Source: Psammoneis japonica | Lineage: Eukaryota | Length of the DNA: 64,000 bases | Direction: 5' to 3' | Assembly (NCBI GenBank): GCA_008632985.1 | Contig: QPGO01000022.1 | Span: forward strand, 496,001 to 560,000 | Part shown: positions 36,061 through 47,473 of the stretch, piece by piece | Numbering within the stretch: the stretch's first letter is position 1 | Layout of the letters: every line of letters starts with the position of its first letter | Notes under the pieces: generated by a model | The model's database searches: none | Told to the model about the DNA's origin: nothing | Seen by the model: only the letters and a program-made list of their open reading frames with translations | Made by a program: the position numbers and the translations under genes

Positions 36061-36177
36061 CGAACCCGGCCAGCCACGCACGTACATAACATTTCGCGCG
36101 TTCCATCCAAGCCAACAGCAATCTTTCGTGCGCTGCGCGAGCGTACCCGGTACTGTACAGCAGTTTGCGCTCTCACC

Positions 36178-37741
36178 ATGACATCGGCTCCCAAGGTTTC
36201 CCTGGTTATCGACATGGCTGGAGGAAGAGGACCTCATCGCCACGGCACATACTATTTGTACCGAGTTGGCGTCGAAATTTGGCCTGTTTGATTCGAGCGT
36301 TCGATCTGCGAGTATTCCTTTCGAGCGTTTGGCTAAAACTCAAGAACCAGCAGTGTTGTGTGTACCTTGGCACTGCTTCGGAACAAGGTTCACGATTAAT
36401 ATCGGCGTTGGAGAATGAAACTCCTGTACCAGTGTTGAAAATCAAAGAACCTTCTCACGACGCAGCGTTGGAAATCGCCAAATGGTGTGGGCTTGCGGAT
36501 GAGCAGGTTCGACGGTGTCTACGCGAGTCTCTTGCAAAACGCAAGCAGAGCCGTCTGGTCGATGATGCTCAGCTGCAGACGAAATCTGCTAAGTACGCTC
36601 AAGCCATTGCACAGGCATACGATAGAAATGATCAAATCACCGGCGACAACATTGCTGGAGCAGCGTTGCCAGAGCGGATGAGGGGAAAGGTTCGTGATCG
36701 GTATGCTGGTGCTGGTGCAATGGTATTGGTGACGACGGACCGCCAATCAGGGTTCGATCGACACTTGGCATCCGTGCCTTACAAGGGAGCAGTGTTGAAC
36801 TTGACTAGCGCCTTTTGGTTTGAAAAGACGAAGCACATTATTCCGAACCATCTCGTGGCGGTACCTCATTCCAACGTGAGCATTGTGAAACGGTGCAAGT
36901 AAGTTATTTCTTATTGGCTGGAAACAGTTTTTCATTGCCTACCACTCATTTCTTATCTCTCTTTTCGCATGGCATCAGTCCCTTTCCGATTGAATTTATA
37001 GTCCGGTAGGTTTCCTCATTGCTCGGCTCATCTCGCTTAGGAGTAAAAATCATTGTTGTTCGATTGCAACTCATACTAATGTTCTTACCTCTCTGTAGTT
37101 CTTACGTGACGGGATCCACTTCGACCTCCATCTGGAAGAATTATCAGAATGGAGTGCGGAACTACTGCGGTCGTGAGTTGCCAGAGGGCTTGACGAAGAA
37201 CGAAAAGCTGTGGGCGAACCTCCTGACACCCACAACAAAAGAGGAAGACCACGATCGCCCTATTTCTCCAGATGATTTCGTCGCAGAGGGATGGATGACA
37301 CAAGAAGATTGGGATGTTTGCGCGTCAGCCGCTCTAGAGGTATTCACTCTCGGACAAGAAGTAGCTTCAGACCACGGTTTAATTCTCGTCGACACCAAAT
37401 ACGAGTTTGGGAAAGACGAAAGTACTGGTGAGATCTTACTGATTGATGAGGTACACACACCGGATTCATCGCGGTATTGGCTAGCCAGTACATACGAACA
37501 ACGTATGAGCGAGGGAAAGGAGCCGGATAATATCGACAAGGAATTTTTGCGGTTGTGGTTTCGAGACCATTGCAACCCATATGAGGACGAGACTCTGCCT
37601 GAAGCACCGCGTGAATTAGTTCTTGAGTTGGCAAGAAGATACATTTTACTGTATCAGTTGATAACATGGGAAGATTTTGATTTCGATGGTGTAACTGGGG
37701 AAGAGGATATCGCGAAAGCCATTCAAGATTATATTATGTGA
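36178..37741 (+). CDS. purC: SAICAR synthetase (phosphoribosylaminoimidazole-succinocarboxamide synthase) with N-terminal extension; introns at about 36899-37098; start uncertain
   Basis: GKVRDRY, TDRQSGFD, YVTGS, TPTTK, ILVDTKYEFG, DEVHTPDSSRYW and DKEFLR motifs. Confidence 0.93.
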
Positions 37742-37828
37742 TTTGCTTGGTTTTCTGACGCAAAGCCAACTGTCATATTAAAATTTGATTATGCGTCGAC
37801 CTTTCCATGTCTCTGCACCCACAACTTC

Positions 37829-39479
37829 TTAATTATCCATTTCTCTAGACATACGAACTGCGCCTTCTGGTGATGCTGTTGAGCTTAGGGCAAAACAAAT
37901 TGCAGATATCAAATACCCTCCTACAACTCCTGTAGAGAGAAGATCTGACAAAGCAGCAGAAGAATCAGTATCAGATGATGTTGCCTGGCCGTAAAGAAAT
38001 CCAAGTAAGCTTGGTGCTAGATTTCCAATCGCTCCAGTAAGAGTAAAAAGACCTTGTGCAGTCCCACCGATGGTTGGACCGACTGCAGATTGCAGGACAT
38101 TAATGGTAGGACCAAACCATACCTCCGCGACCAGGTACTCTGCTGCTAACCAGATCATAGCAGTTTGAAACGATTCTACCGAATGAATTGACATGTACCA
38201 AGCTGGAGCGGCCAAGATGGACCCAACGACTGGGATCCACAACTTCTTTCCGGTGGGATCATCGCTATCGTGTAGCAGATGACACCCAGTCAGCCGCGAC
38301 TCCTCCCAACAAACCGCTAGTTATCCCGAAAGCAGAAGTGATGAAAGCTTGGGCAAATGCATAGTCGGACTCGTTGTCTGGAAACATCATTCGATAATAT
38401 GGTGCCGACCAAACTCCGATACAAAGACCGGAGCAAAAGCGAAAAAAACTTGCTAGAAACAGCCACTTGACCCTCGGCGATTCCATGACAGCCAGTACCT
38501 CATCAATAACAGATGACGAGGCCTCTTCTTGTTGAACCGTTTTCTCGTCGTTCTCTTCCACGAGCTTTGGGTCATTCGGCAGTAGAATTGTGGACAAGGC
38601 GCAAGACGCAACCCCAAACACAGCTATCGCTAACAAGGCATTGCGCCAACCCAATTGCGAATCCAACAGAACAGACAACGCAGCCAACCCCCCACCAAGG
38701 CTTACTCCGGTGAAATTTAGACTAGAGACTAGAGCTGCTCTTTCTTTTGGAACAAATTGAGCCAACAGCGTATAAGCTGTTGGCGTGGAAAAGGCACACG
38801 CCAAGCCCATCGCAATCCTCCACCCGACCACTTGACCGTACGACGACGAGAATGCTGTGCCGAGAGTTGCAACGGTCCATGATGCAACACTGACAATGGT
38901 AAGTACCTTTCGATAGGACCTATCGGATGCAACACCAGCAGCCAAAGAGGCGATAGCAAACAACGATGTAAAGGCCACCGAAGCCAACAATCCATACTGA
39001 GACTCGCTAAAATTCAAATCAACATTCATTGCGCGGAATGAGTCGACGTCACCGGATGAGAAATCAACCAGATAGTATATCGATGACCTACTCCACTGAT
39101 TTGACACATAGACCAGCCATAAAGGGAGAAGCAAGGACAGTATCCACGACCGCGACGTTGAATCCGGCTTAGCAGCATCGTCGAAATCATTACCATCTTC
39201 AGAAGAACCTTTTACCCAGAGGTTTGACTTCTTCGGGATCAACCCAACTCTTTGATAGAACACACCATGAGATGAATTCACCAAATTATCCTTAGGAGAA
39301 TCATTTGTCAGGAGGTTGAACCTACTCGGAATAAATCAATTGCGGCAACTTTGGGAGAACTTCTTGAAGGAATCGAAAATCGTCGCTGAGTGTACGAACG
39401 AAGCAACTGGTTCCAAGAGATGGCTTAGAAGCGCCAAAGTGAGTGCCACAGCCACTTGCAGAGACATGCAGTATTTCAT
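37829..39479 (-). CDS. MFS transporter (spinster-like), probably plastid-targeted; apparent 1-bp frameshifts near 38270 and 39340
   Basis: Multiple TM helices. MFS motif A-like GVASDRSYRK. Signal peptide MKYCMSLQVAVALTLALL..VASF. Confidence 0.8.
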
Positions 39480-39779
39480 TTCGAGCTGGAAGTGCTGTAT
39501 GCACACTATCGCATTGAACCAACGGCGGGCAACAGCTTTCTCAGGGTCGCAGCGTTCAGCTCACACCATCGTGGCTTGTGTCGGGAGGAGCGGAGGAGGA
39601 GTCGGATCGGTCGCGTACGCCGTCGCGTGTCGTTGCGGCTGGGAAGAAGCGTTTCACCACATTCAACGCAACGGTCACGAATCTGATCATTAAAAAGATT
39701 ACCCTGCAGGCCCTCTCTCTGCTGGCAGTGGTCGCAGAACTGGGGATAAGACTGCATAAAAGAAAGACTTGTAACATCG

Positions 39780-40003
39780 TGCGATAACTCTCGTCTGAGA
39801 GTCAGGGGAAGTCGACTGAGGTCGAGTAATGGATGTATCGCTAGCGAAGAGGGCCAACGATAACGGTATGATTGGTAAAGCTGCTAATGTCTTGTTACAC
39901 TAGATGTTGTAATTGTGAGAAAAGTTGAAAAAGACCGATGGCGGGAAATCGCATACGCAAGTGAGCGCGCGCGTATCGCGCATGAGTTCGTACTGTGTTG
40001 ACA
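39780..40003 (-). repeat. 3' LTR of copia-2 (TpA-intact copy)
   Basis: Aligns without gaps to 47245-47468 with 17 substitutions. Confidence 0.96.
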
Positions 40004-40009
40004 CTCCCT

Positions 40010-43000
40010 CTCGAACGAAGAAGCTGCCAACCGCAAAGCAACTTTCGAATAGCCTCGAATTTAACCGTAACGAGACCTTTAGTCAGAATATCAGCGCGTT
40101 GCAAGTCTGTTGCGATCTTGGACACAGTAACTCGATTTGGTTTGAGCTGTGAACGGAACCAATGACATTTGATTGCGCAGTGCTTGGACCTTGGCGTCAC
40201 TCGGCCAGGTTCCACATCAGCCAGAGTCAAAGCCCCAGCATTGTCCTCCCACACAGTGGTGCGAATGGTTTTGGTGGTCCCCAGACCAACTCCAATGCCT
40301 TGAGAGATGGCTTGTACAGTGCGCAGAAAGGGAAGGACAGTTTTCATGCAAGTGGAAAGAGCGTTGCACTCTGCTTCCATTGTTGAGAGAGCAATTTCAG
40401 GTGCAAGCTTGCTGGGCCAAACAACAGGACAGTTGGAAATGCAAACGACAAAACCTGTTCGGCTTTTGACACAAGCCGGGTCATGCTTGTCTTCGTGTGG
40501 CCACAGTCCAGCAAAATCTGAGTCAACAAACACGTCAATGTTGAAGTCCCCAGATGGCTTGAGGATCAAGCCTTCATCCAGAGCACCATTCAGGTGTCGA
40601 CCTGTCCGTTCAAGGGCTGGTTCATGCGAGTGACGAGGGCCATGAACAAATCTGGCTGCTGAGCTAACGGCGCAGGTGATGTCTGGCCTGGAGTGGCCTT
40701 GAAGATGTTGGAGCATGCCAACCACACTGGCACAATTGTGGGCTCCATTTGGTGGGTCTCCATCGGTGTCCTTGACCAACGGAGCGGCCAGTGCGGGCGT
40801 TCGGGCCTTTGGCAGATGGCCCACGTCAAGGGCTTCGACGACACGTTTGGACAAACCGCTCTGAGTGAGCTTGACAGCACCATTGTCGGTGTCGCGTTCG
40901 ATGTGGACCCCTGAAAAACCTGCGACGGAATCTTCAACTTCGATGGCCAGACCGCCATCAATTTTGAGTTTGTTGATCACTTCGTCAATGTGCTCTTGTT
41001 TCGGAGAGAAGAACAATGTGTCATCAACATGCACGAGGCAGATGACTTTGTCGGATGCAAACAAACACGGATCAACATCGTCTTGCGATTGAAATCCGGC
41101 GTCTTCGAGTTTTGACTTGAGGTGCAGGAAAAAGTTACGAGGTCCTTGCTTGAGACCATGCACGGTCCGTTTGAGTTTCAGCACTTTGCCGGGCTTGGTG
41201 CATCCGCGAGGCATCTGCACAAAGATGCCAGAGCGTTCTCGCTCTTCGGGTGTCATGGTGTCCCATTTGGGATCCTTGTCAATCGGAGCATGGACGAAAG
41301 CGGTGACATGATCAACTTGTTTCGTCGACAGTTCCAAAATTTGAGAAAGTGTGAGCACAAGCCGTGCGGTCGTCCAATTGACAACTGGAGCAAAGGTGTC
41401 AAAGCAGTCGACACCTTCCAATTGCTTGTCTCCACGGACGCAAAAGCGGGCTTTACATTTGCGGATCGACCCATCAGGGTGTCGTTTGCACTTGAAGGCC
41501 CAAGTGGATGGTAAGACGTTCATCCAATCTTGGCGGTCTGCTTCTTCCCAGGCGTCTTTGCCTTTGACTAGAGAATCGATTTCGACGTCGCAAGCTTTCA
41601 GACAAGCTGCTCGATCAGGACCATTCATTGCTTCTTCCCAAGTTGGATTGTCAGCGGAATTTGCATTCGCTGCGAGGGCAAGAGGGTGCATTTCTTCGAG
41701 TGTTCCGTGAACTTGATCGGTGTTTTTGTTGAAAAGGTCAAGCATTGCGCGCAAATCTTTAGACCGGAGTGCATTTGTGATGCTGTCCCAACGCAAGGCC
41801 ATCAAGAACTGTTTGTTCAGTGTTTCTGACTTGACAGTGCGTTTGGGATTCTTGCAGGCATTCGGCAACTCGTTGGGCGGAATGCGGATGTCGGCATGCA
41901 TGGCTTCGATCAAGCGTTCCGGCTTCTTGACGGAACGACCGCTTCGAGTCCGAGTGGGTGGTGTGGCAGCATTCGGAGCAGGTTGAGGTTGCTCAGCTTC
42001 GGCAGGACCCAGGTCGAGGTCTTCAGGTGAGTCGTGATGATCGACAAGCGACAATTCGTCGTCGCTGTCATCGCTGAACTCATTGATCTCGACTCCCTCT
42101 GGAGCCTCTGAAGTTGCAGATTCTAGATCGTCAGCAGATGATTCAGGCAATGTGGGAAGTGAAGTGACAATTCGTCGTCGCTGTCATCGCTGAACTCATC
42201 GATCTCAACTCCCTCTGGAGCCTCTGAAGTTACAGATTCTAGATCGTCAGCAGATGATTCAGGCAATGTAGGAAGTGCTCCCTCTGGAGCTGTGACGGAA
42301 GAGGTTGAAGGAGGGACGGCGGGAGGGGCTGTTTTGGAGTTTTGAAGATGACGTTGACGGGGGTCGTGTCGAAGATTAGCGTGATGACGGCGCTCTGCGG
42401 GTGTCAACCAATCATTGTGTAAAGCCGGCAAGTGACGGCAAGGGTCATCGGCTGTGTCGGAAGGCTCAGGCGGAGCATTGTGTGCCAGCGAGTTGGCGGT
42501 GAGGAGGGATTCCCAAAGGTCGGCAGTGAAGGGAACACCCTGGAAGAAACCGCCAGAGTCGCCATTGGGCACTGTTGCAAAGTGGTCATTGTAGACCACG
42601 TGATGCTGAGGACTAACGTGGCCCATCGAGAGATTCAAAATGAGGCCAATGTCAGTTGAATGATCCGGTGAGATGCCGAGATGTTGGCCACGGCGACTCC
42701 TGGGGTCCCACTTGGGTGGTTTCTTTCCGTCTTGTAACTTGGGATCAAGAACACATGCAGGGCAACCCCACACTTGTAAGCGCTGCAGGTGCGCACAGGT
42801 GTCGAAGCGTTGCTTGGAAAAAATTCGACCGGCGCGGTACGAGTGTCAGACTTCGGGACATGGTTCCACAAGTGGGTCGCATGGGTCATGGCAAAAGGCC
42901 ACAACTCAAGGTTGGCGGCATCAGGCCACATGAGAATGGCGTGCAGGAGCACAGCTCGTGCCCATGAAGTGATGGTTTGGATGGAGCGCTCGGCTGCGCC

Positions 43001-44094
43001 GTTCTGATGATGAGCGCCAACACCAGAAAAATCAACAGTCTGGTTGTTTTCTTCTGGGTCGTCCATGAAAGCCTTGGTGCCAAACGGGACGTTGTCAGCA
43101 AGGTGGGACTTGATGCGGACCCCAAATTGGTCACTAAGCTGCTCGAAGGATCACTTGGCACGAACAGTTTCACCTGCGGTGAGACCAACTTGATGGGTCA
43201 GACAGACGCAGGCAGAAGCATGATCAACAAAAATTGTGCCTCCACAACACTTGTCTTTCTTGGGTTCGCGTCCCTTGGACGTCGGAAGACGGCCAGGGAC
43301 ATGGCTGATGTGCTGATCAACGGAGACGCGTTGACCAGGCGCCAAATCTCCCTGTCGCAAAGTCAACGGCGGATGATTGGAGGTGCCGCGACGGTCAGGT
43401 GTTCGTCGTTTCTGCTTTGCGAGTTGACAGGCAGCACATGAAGGTGCAGTGCAACTGGAGACGGCTTGTGTTGAAGGCTTGACAATGTGGGATTTGGTGG
43501 GATCCCGTGGTGTTGCACACAAGCATTGAATGTGTTGGAAGCCGGCATGACCAAGTTTCTGATGGAGTGAGAGAAGCTCCTTCTGGCCGGGTGTTAGATT
43601 CTGATTGGTCTGAGAAGCAACTGAAAGAAACGAAGTGAGGCGTGCTTTGGTGCTGACGGGAGCCAAATTGCATTGTGTGACTCCGGCTGAGATTGGTTCG
43701 GACATCATCACAAAAGGCAAGTTGTTTTCTTTGTTGCACGGGAACTCGAGTGCATCCCCTTTCAGAAGAGTGAGGGTTGCTTTGTTTCCTCGTACACGAC
43801 ATTCACCTTGGTTTCCATTCTCTTGAAAACAGGCTTGTGGGCTAAAGAGTCGAATGGAAGCGTCGGGAACACAGTGGGCTCGCGTTCGGACGGTCCGGAT
43901 ACATTCCAACAATCGATTGCGTCCCATTCCACGAAACCTTGACCAACTGCTCGGGTGCTGGAGGACAATCCGTTGATGGCAGTGGTGCCAACGGGTTCCA
44001 GCGGTCCTGTAAAGTCACTTGAGTGGGGTGTGAGCGACGAAGATGCTCCTGTGTCAAGAACAATGGGTGCGTCAACAGGCAAGCACGATGTCAA
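40010..44094 (-). pseudogene. copia-2 pol (protease, GAG-pre-integrase, integrase, RT, RNase H), broken into several frames
   Basis: VLDTGAS, HQKLGHAGF..C..CQLAK, HQNGAAER, WGCPACVLD, KARFCVRGD, VHGLKQ, LVHVDD (expected YVDD), FVDSDFAG and QRADILTKGL motifs. Confidence 0.92.
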
Positions 44095-45182
44095 TGCTTG
44101 ACATTGGCGGCCTTGAGATCTCTTGCATCATTGAAGGATTTGACATGCTGCGTTGGATCGTCGGTCAACCATGGTGGGTCCGACTCGGATGCAGCAACGT
44201 GAGATGGACCTGTCATGGTCTGGTGAGAGAACACAGCCACTCCACCGAAACCACTCGTAAAGGTTGCTGTTGTCGTGCGTGACAGGTCAGTTGCGATGCA
44301 AGAGAGCATCGGCGCTTGACCACAAGCTCGCAACATTTCGGAAGAGGCAAGTGTTTTGATCAAATGGAGCTGTTCTAAAGGATCAATGCCTTGAACAAAT
44401 TCGTCTGACGAATGACCGCACTGCATGTCGCACATGATCCAGGTTTGGTGTAACAGTCGGTGCTTGATGCGGTAGAACTCTTCCAGTTCGGAAGCTTCAG
44501 GGTCGTCTGGAGGTGCAAAAGGTGAGGGCTCCGTTCGTGTCGCGGAGCTACGAGGTTTGGTCCTCAGGCAGTCACCTGGAGGATCAAGCAAAGTGACGAA
44601 ATCAGTTAAAGTCGCACCATGAGGAAACTCGTACATCTCGGAAGGCAGATGCAACAGGCGATGTTTGATTTGAGAATGGGCTTCTGTGGCCTCTTGTTGA
44701 GGATCGACGCAGGCAAATCTAGGTGGTCTCGTTTTCCTGGGTTTGAATTGACGTCTCGATCTTGAGAGTTTCCACGACTTGGATTTTCGACAGGAGCGAT
44801 CCGGATCGGCTGCCGTTGTGTTGTCCGGAACAGGCGTTCGGCGCTGTTTACGCCAAGTCGTTGGATGAAGGAAGGACCACAAGGGGTCTCTGCTTGGGAT
44901 TCGAACTGAGCGCCGATCCAAGCGGCGAACCTGAGAATGATGTGTCATCCGAGTTCGATCAGGAGGACGACGAAATGAGGTCAGTTCGAAAGTGGGAACA
45001 ACAACAAAGTCGGGAAGATCGTCGTATGAAAGCGAAGGATTCTTGGAAAAGAGAAGCAAGCAGAACAAAAATCCACCTGCCAAAACAAACAGCAACTGAC
45101 AAATCGACGAAACTGCTTCGATCCCTCCCTCTCCAAGAATCTGGAGAGTGAACCACAGGAGCAAAAAGTGACCAACCGACAA
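44091..45182 (-). CDS. copia-2 ORF between gag and protease with two N-terminal hydrophobic segments
   Basis: 363-aa ORF. FLLLWFTLQIL and ICQLLFVLAGGFLFCLLLFS segments. Duplicated IKHRLLH motif. Confidence 0.5.
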   Translation of the reverse strand: MSVGHFLLLWFTLQILGEGGIEAVSSICQLLFVLAGGFLFCLLLFSKNPSLSYDDLPDFVVVPTFELTSFRRPPDRTRMTHHSQVRRLDRRSVRIPSRDPLWSFLHPTTWRKQRRTPVPDNTTAADPDRSCRKSKSWKLSRSRRQFKPRKTRPPRFACVDPQQEATEAHSQIKHRLLHLPSEMYEFPHGATLTDFVTLLDPPGDCLRTKPRSSATRTEPSPFAPPDDPEASELEEFYRIKHRLLHQTWIMCDMQCGHSSDEFVQGIDPLEQLHLIKTLASSEMLRACGQAPMLSCIATDLSRTTTATFTSGFGGVAVFSHQTMTGPSHVAASESDPPWLTDDPTQHVKSFNDARDLKAANVKH

Positions 45183-45275
45183 ATGAGCCTGGATGTCCCT
45201 TCCAGGAACGGACGGTTGGTTGAAAAGGAAAGAAGAGGGGGCTGCACGCTCAGGAGAGGAGGCGCGCCCGAAGCT

Positions 45276-46765
45276 TCAGGTGAAGGAGGCGAAGAGGCCG
45301 GACACAGTTTTGACCATCTCCTTCTTGGCATTGGCAATGGCGAGGTCCCGATCCGTGACGGGAGCGGAAGCCGGTGCCGGAGCGGGCGCAGCGGCCGGAG
45401 TGGGAGAAGGTGCAGCGGCAGGAGCGGAGGCAATGTTCCCCGTCTCAGTCACCGGGCGCCAGCGCTTGGTTTTGCAATGACAGCAATGATCCTCACCATC
45501 GATGTTGCGGTGACTGTTGTTGTTCTTTTCGGCTTCAGTCGGTGGCTGCCATTTCTCAGGAATGGGTTTGGCAGAGGGACCGGAAGAGGAGGATCCCGAA
45601 GAGTTGTTCTTGCGTTGAGCTTGTTTCGCGTCAAAGAAGAGCTTCTTGTCAGCACGAACACGAGCGTCGTCGACCGGTGTCTTGCAGTTGGACAAAGAAT
45701 GAGGGCCGCCACAGTTAAAACAAGTGATGACTCCCGCAACGAACGAAGTTGCTTGTTTCTTGGCAGACACGCCGGACCACTTGTCGGAGGAGACAAGAGC
45801 GAGACACTCGCCTTCGGCAAAGGATAAAATGTCATCCACCGCAGCAGTCGTTGCAGCAGTCGTCGAGCCCGATTGCTTGAGTTTGGAGGTCTTGGAGTCC
45901 TTGGCAAGGTGCTCGAAGAGAGAATTGAACTCGGGAACACTCGACGTTTGAAAGACTTTGGCGAGATTCTCCAGAAAATCAGTGGGAATGACAGACTGTC
46001 CTTTCTGATCCTGGAGATTAGTGAGGCGAGAACAGCCACCGCGAATGAGAGATGCAACTTTGCTTGCGTCTTCTCCATCGAAGTCAGTGATCTTGAGGTT
46101 GGTTGTGTTGGAAACCAAACAACGAGCAGCCTCTTCGGAGTTGCTCTGAAGGAGTTTCATCATGAGAACGAAGAAAAGAGGTCCGCCCTGTTCTTCCTGA
46201 TCACATTTGAGGTGCGTCTGTTGACTTTCTTCTGCAGTGCAATGGACGCGTTCCGCTCGAAGCAGTCGTGAGTAAGACGAAGGTTTTGGCTCGCCCAAGT
46301 CCCATCGGGGTCCTCGAGCATGGTTGAATGCCATTTGTTGCTTGCGGCGACCTCCGTTGCGGTGATCGTGGAGTGTTCCTTGTAAAGATCGCGCGTCGTG
46401 AATTTATCCGGGTCGATGATGGTGAAGACGTCATCCATGTCATGCTTGACATGGTTCGAACGCATGGTTGAAATGGACATCGCGAGGTCACAAGCATCCT
46501 CGAGCTTGTCAGGATCGTTGATGTTGACGTTGAGGAGGTCAAATTTTGTCTGCTGTTTCGAAGTCGCCTTCAGAAAGAGATCGTTGAGCTTGTCAGGATC
46601 CAGCCTGTTCCTCTGCTCCTCAGTGTAGAGGGCAGCAAGAGTGTCTTGCGACGCTTTCGGCATCGCGCGCACTTTCACCTTCCGTCCATCAATGGTCACC
46701 TCGGACATGCTGGCTGGCAGAGAAGGAGGGAGTGGAATGCTCGCTGCTTTGCTCGGCATGCGCAT
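45276..46765 (-). pseudogene. copia-2 gag with CCHC zinc knuckle (frameshift near 46210)
   Basis: CFNCGGPHSLSNC. ORFs 46160-46765 and 45276-46334 overlap at a frameshift. Confidence 0.85.
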
Positions 46766-47130
46766 TACGCAAGAAAGCGCAGATTCTTCGGATGACGGTT
46801 GGTTGAATTACCGCCATCCGTGCGGATGTGTGCATGTTGTTCTGCAATGCAAAAGACAGTTGCTTGACGGTCTTGGACAGCAACGGAGCATCGAAAGTTC
46901 CGGATTTCGTTAGTTGTGACGACTCGGTCGCCCACACGAAAATCCGCGACGGTTGGCTCCCGTGTGGTTGAAGTAGAAGTGCGAGCGGTTCCGGCTCGCG
47001 TTGTCGCAGCAAGGCGATTCTGCCGTTCTCTTTCCGCGGCAATGCGACGAACAAGCTCTGCTTCTTGAAGTTGCAGGGCTTGCAGTTGTTCAACAAGGTC
47101 GTCAAGTGTCGCAGAGTTCCTTTCGGACAT
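46765..47130 (-). CDS. copia-2 small upstream ORF (coiled coil plus KOW/SH3-like FRVGDRV motif)
   Basis: About 121 aa. Its stop codon overlaps the next ATG (TAATG at 46763-46767). Confidence 0.55.
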   Translation of the reverse strand: MSERNSATLDDLVEQLQALQLQEAELVRRIAAERERQNRLAATTRAGTARTSTSTTREPTVADFRVGDRVVTTNEIRNFRCSVAVQDRQATVFCIAEQHAHIRTDGGNSTNRHPKNLRFLA

Positions 47131-47230
47131 GTGCAACACTCACGTAGAATTGCATGCAAAGAATGTGTGGAGCTCACTTCTCGTCCACCGGAGAGAAAGA
47201 GATGAGCGCAGGAGTGATCAAGCGTGACAC

Positions 47231-47244
47231 TTGGGCTCCTAACC
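47231..47244 (-). other. Primer-binding site of copia-2, complementary to the 5' half of initiator tRNA-Met
   Basis: The - strand reads GGTTAGGAGCCCAA right after the 5' LTR, one mismatch from GGTTATGAGCCC and close to the half-tRNAiMet PBS of Drosophila copia. Confidence 0.8.
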
Positions 47245-47468
47245 TGCGACAACTCTCGTCTGAGAGTCAGGGGAAGTCGACTGAGGTCGAGCAATGGATG
47301 TGTCGCTAGTGAAGAGGGCCAACGACAATGGTGTGATTGGCAAAGCTGCCAATGTCTTGTTGCACTGGATGTTGCAATTGTGAGAAAAGTTGAAAAAGAC
47401 CGATGGCGGGAAATCGCGTGCGCAAGTGAGCGCGCGCGCATCACGCATGAGTTCGCACTGTGTTGACA
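47245..47468 (-). repeat. 5' LTR of copia-2 (TpA-mutated copy)
   Basis: 13 of the 14 TpA sites in the sister LTR are CpA/TpG here. Confidence 0.96.
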
Positions 47469-47473
47469 CATCG

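Larger units (their letters stand above)
39780..47468 (-). mobile_element. Full-length Ty1/copia LTR retrotransposon (a different CoDi-type family), copia-2; frameshifted and hypermutated
   Basis: 224-bp TG...CA LTRs at 39780-40003 and 47245-47468. TSD CATCG at 39775-39779 and 47469-47473. PPT GAGAGGGAG at 40004-40012. PBS at 47231-47244. Confidence 0.96.
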
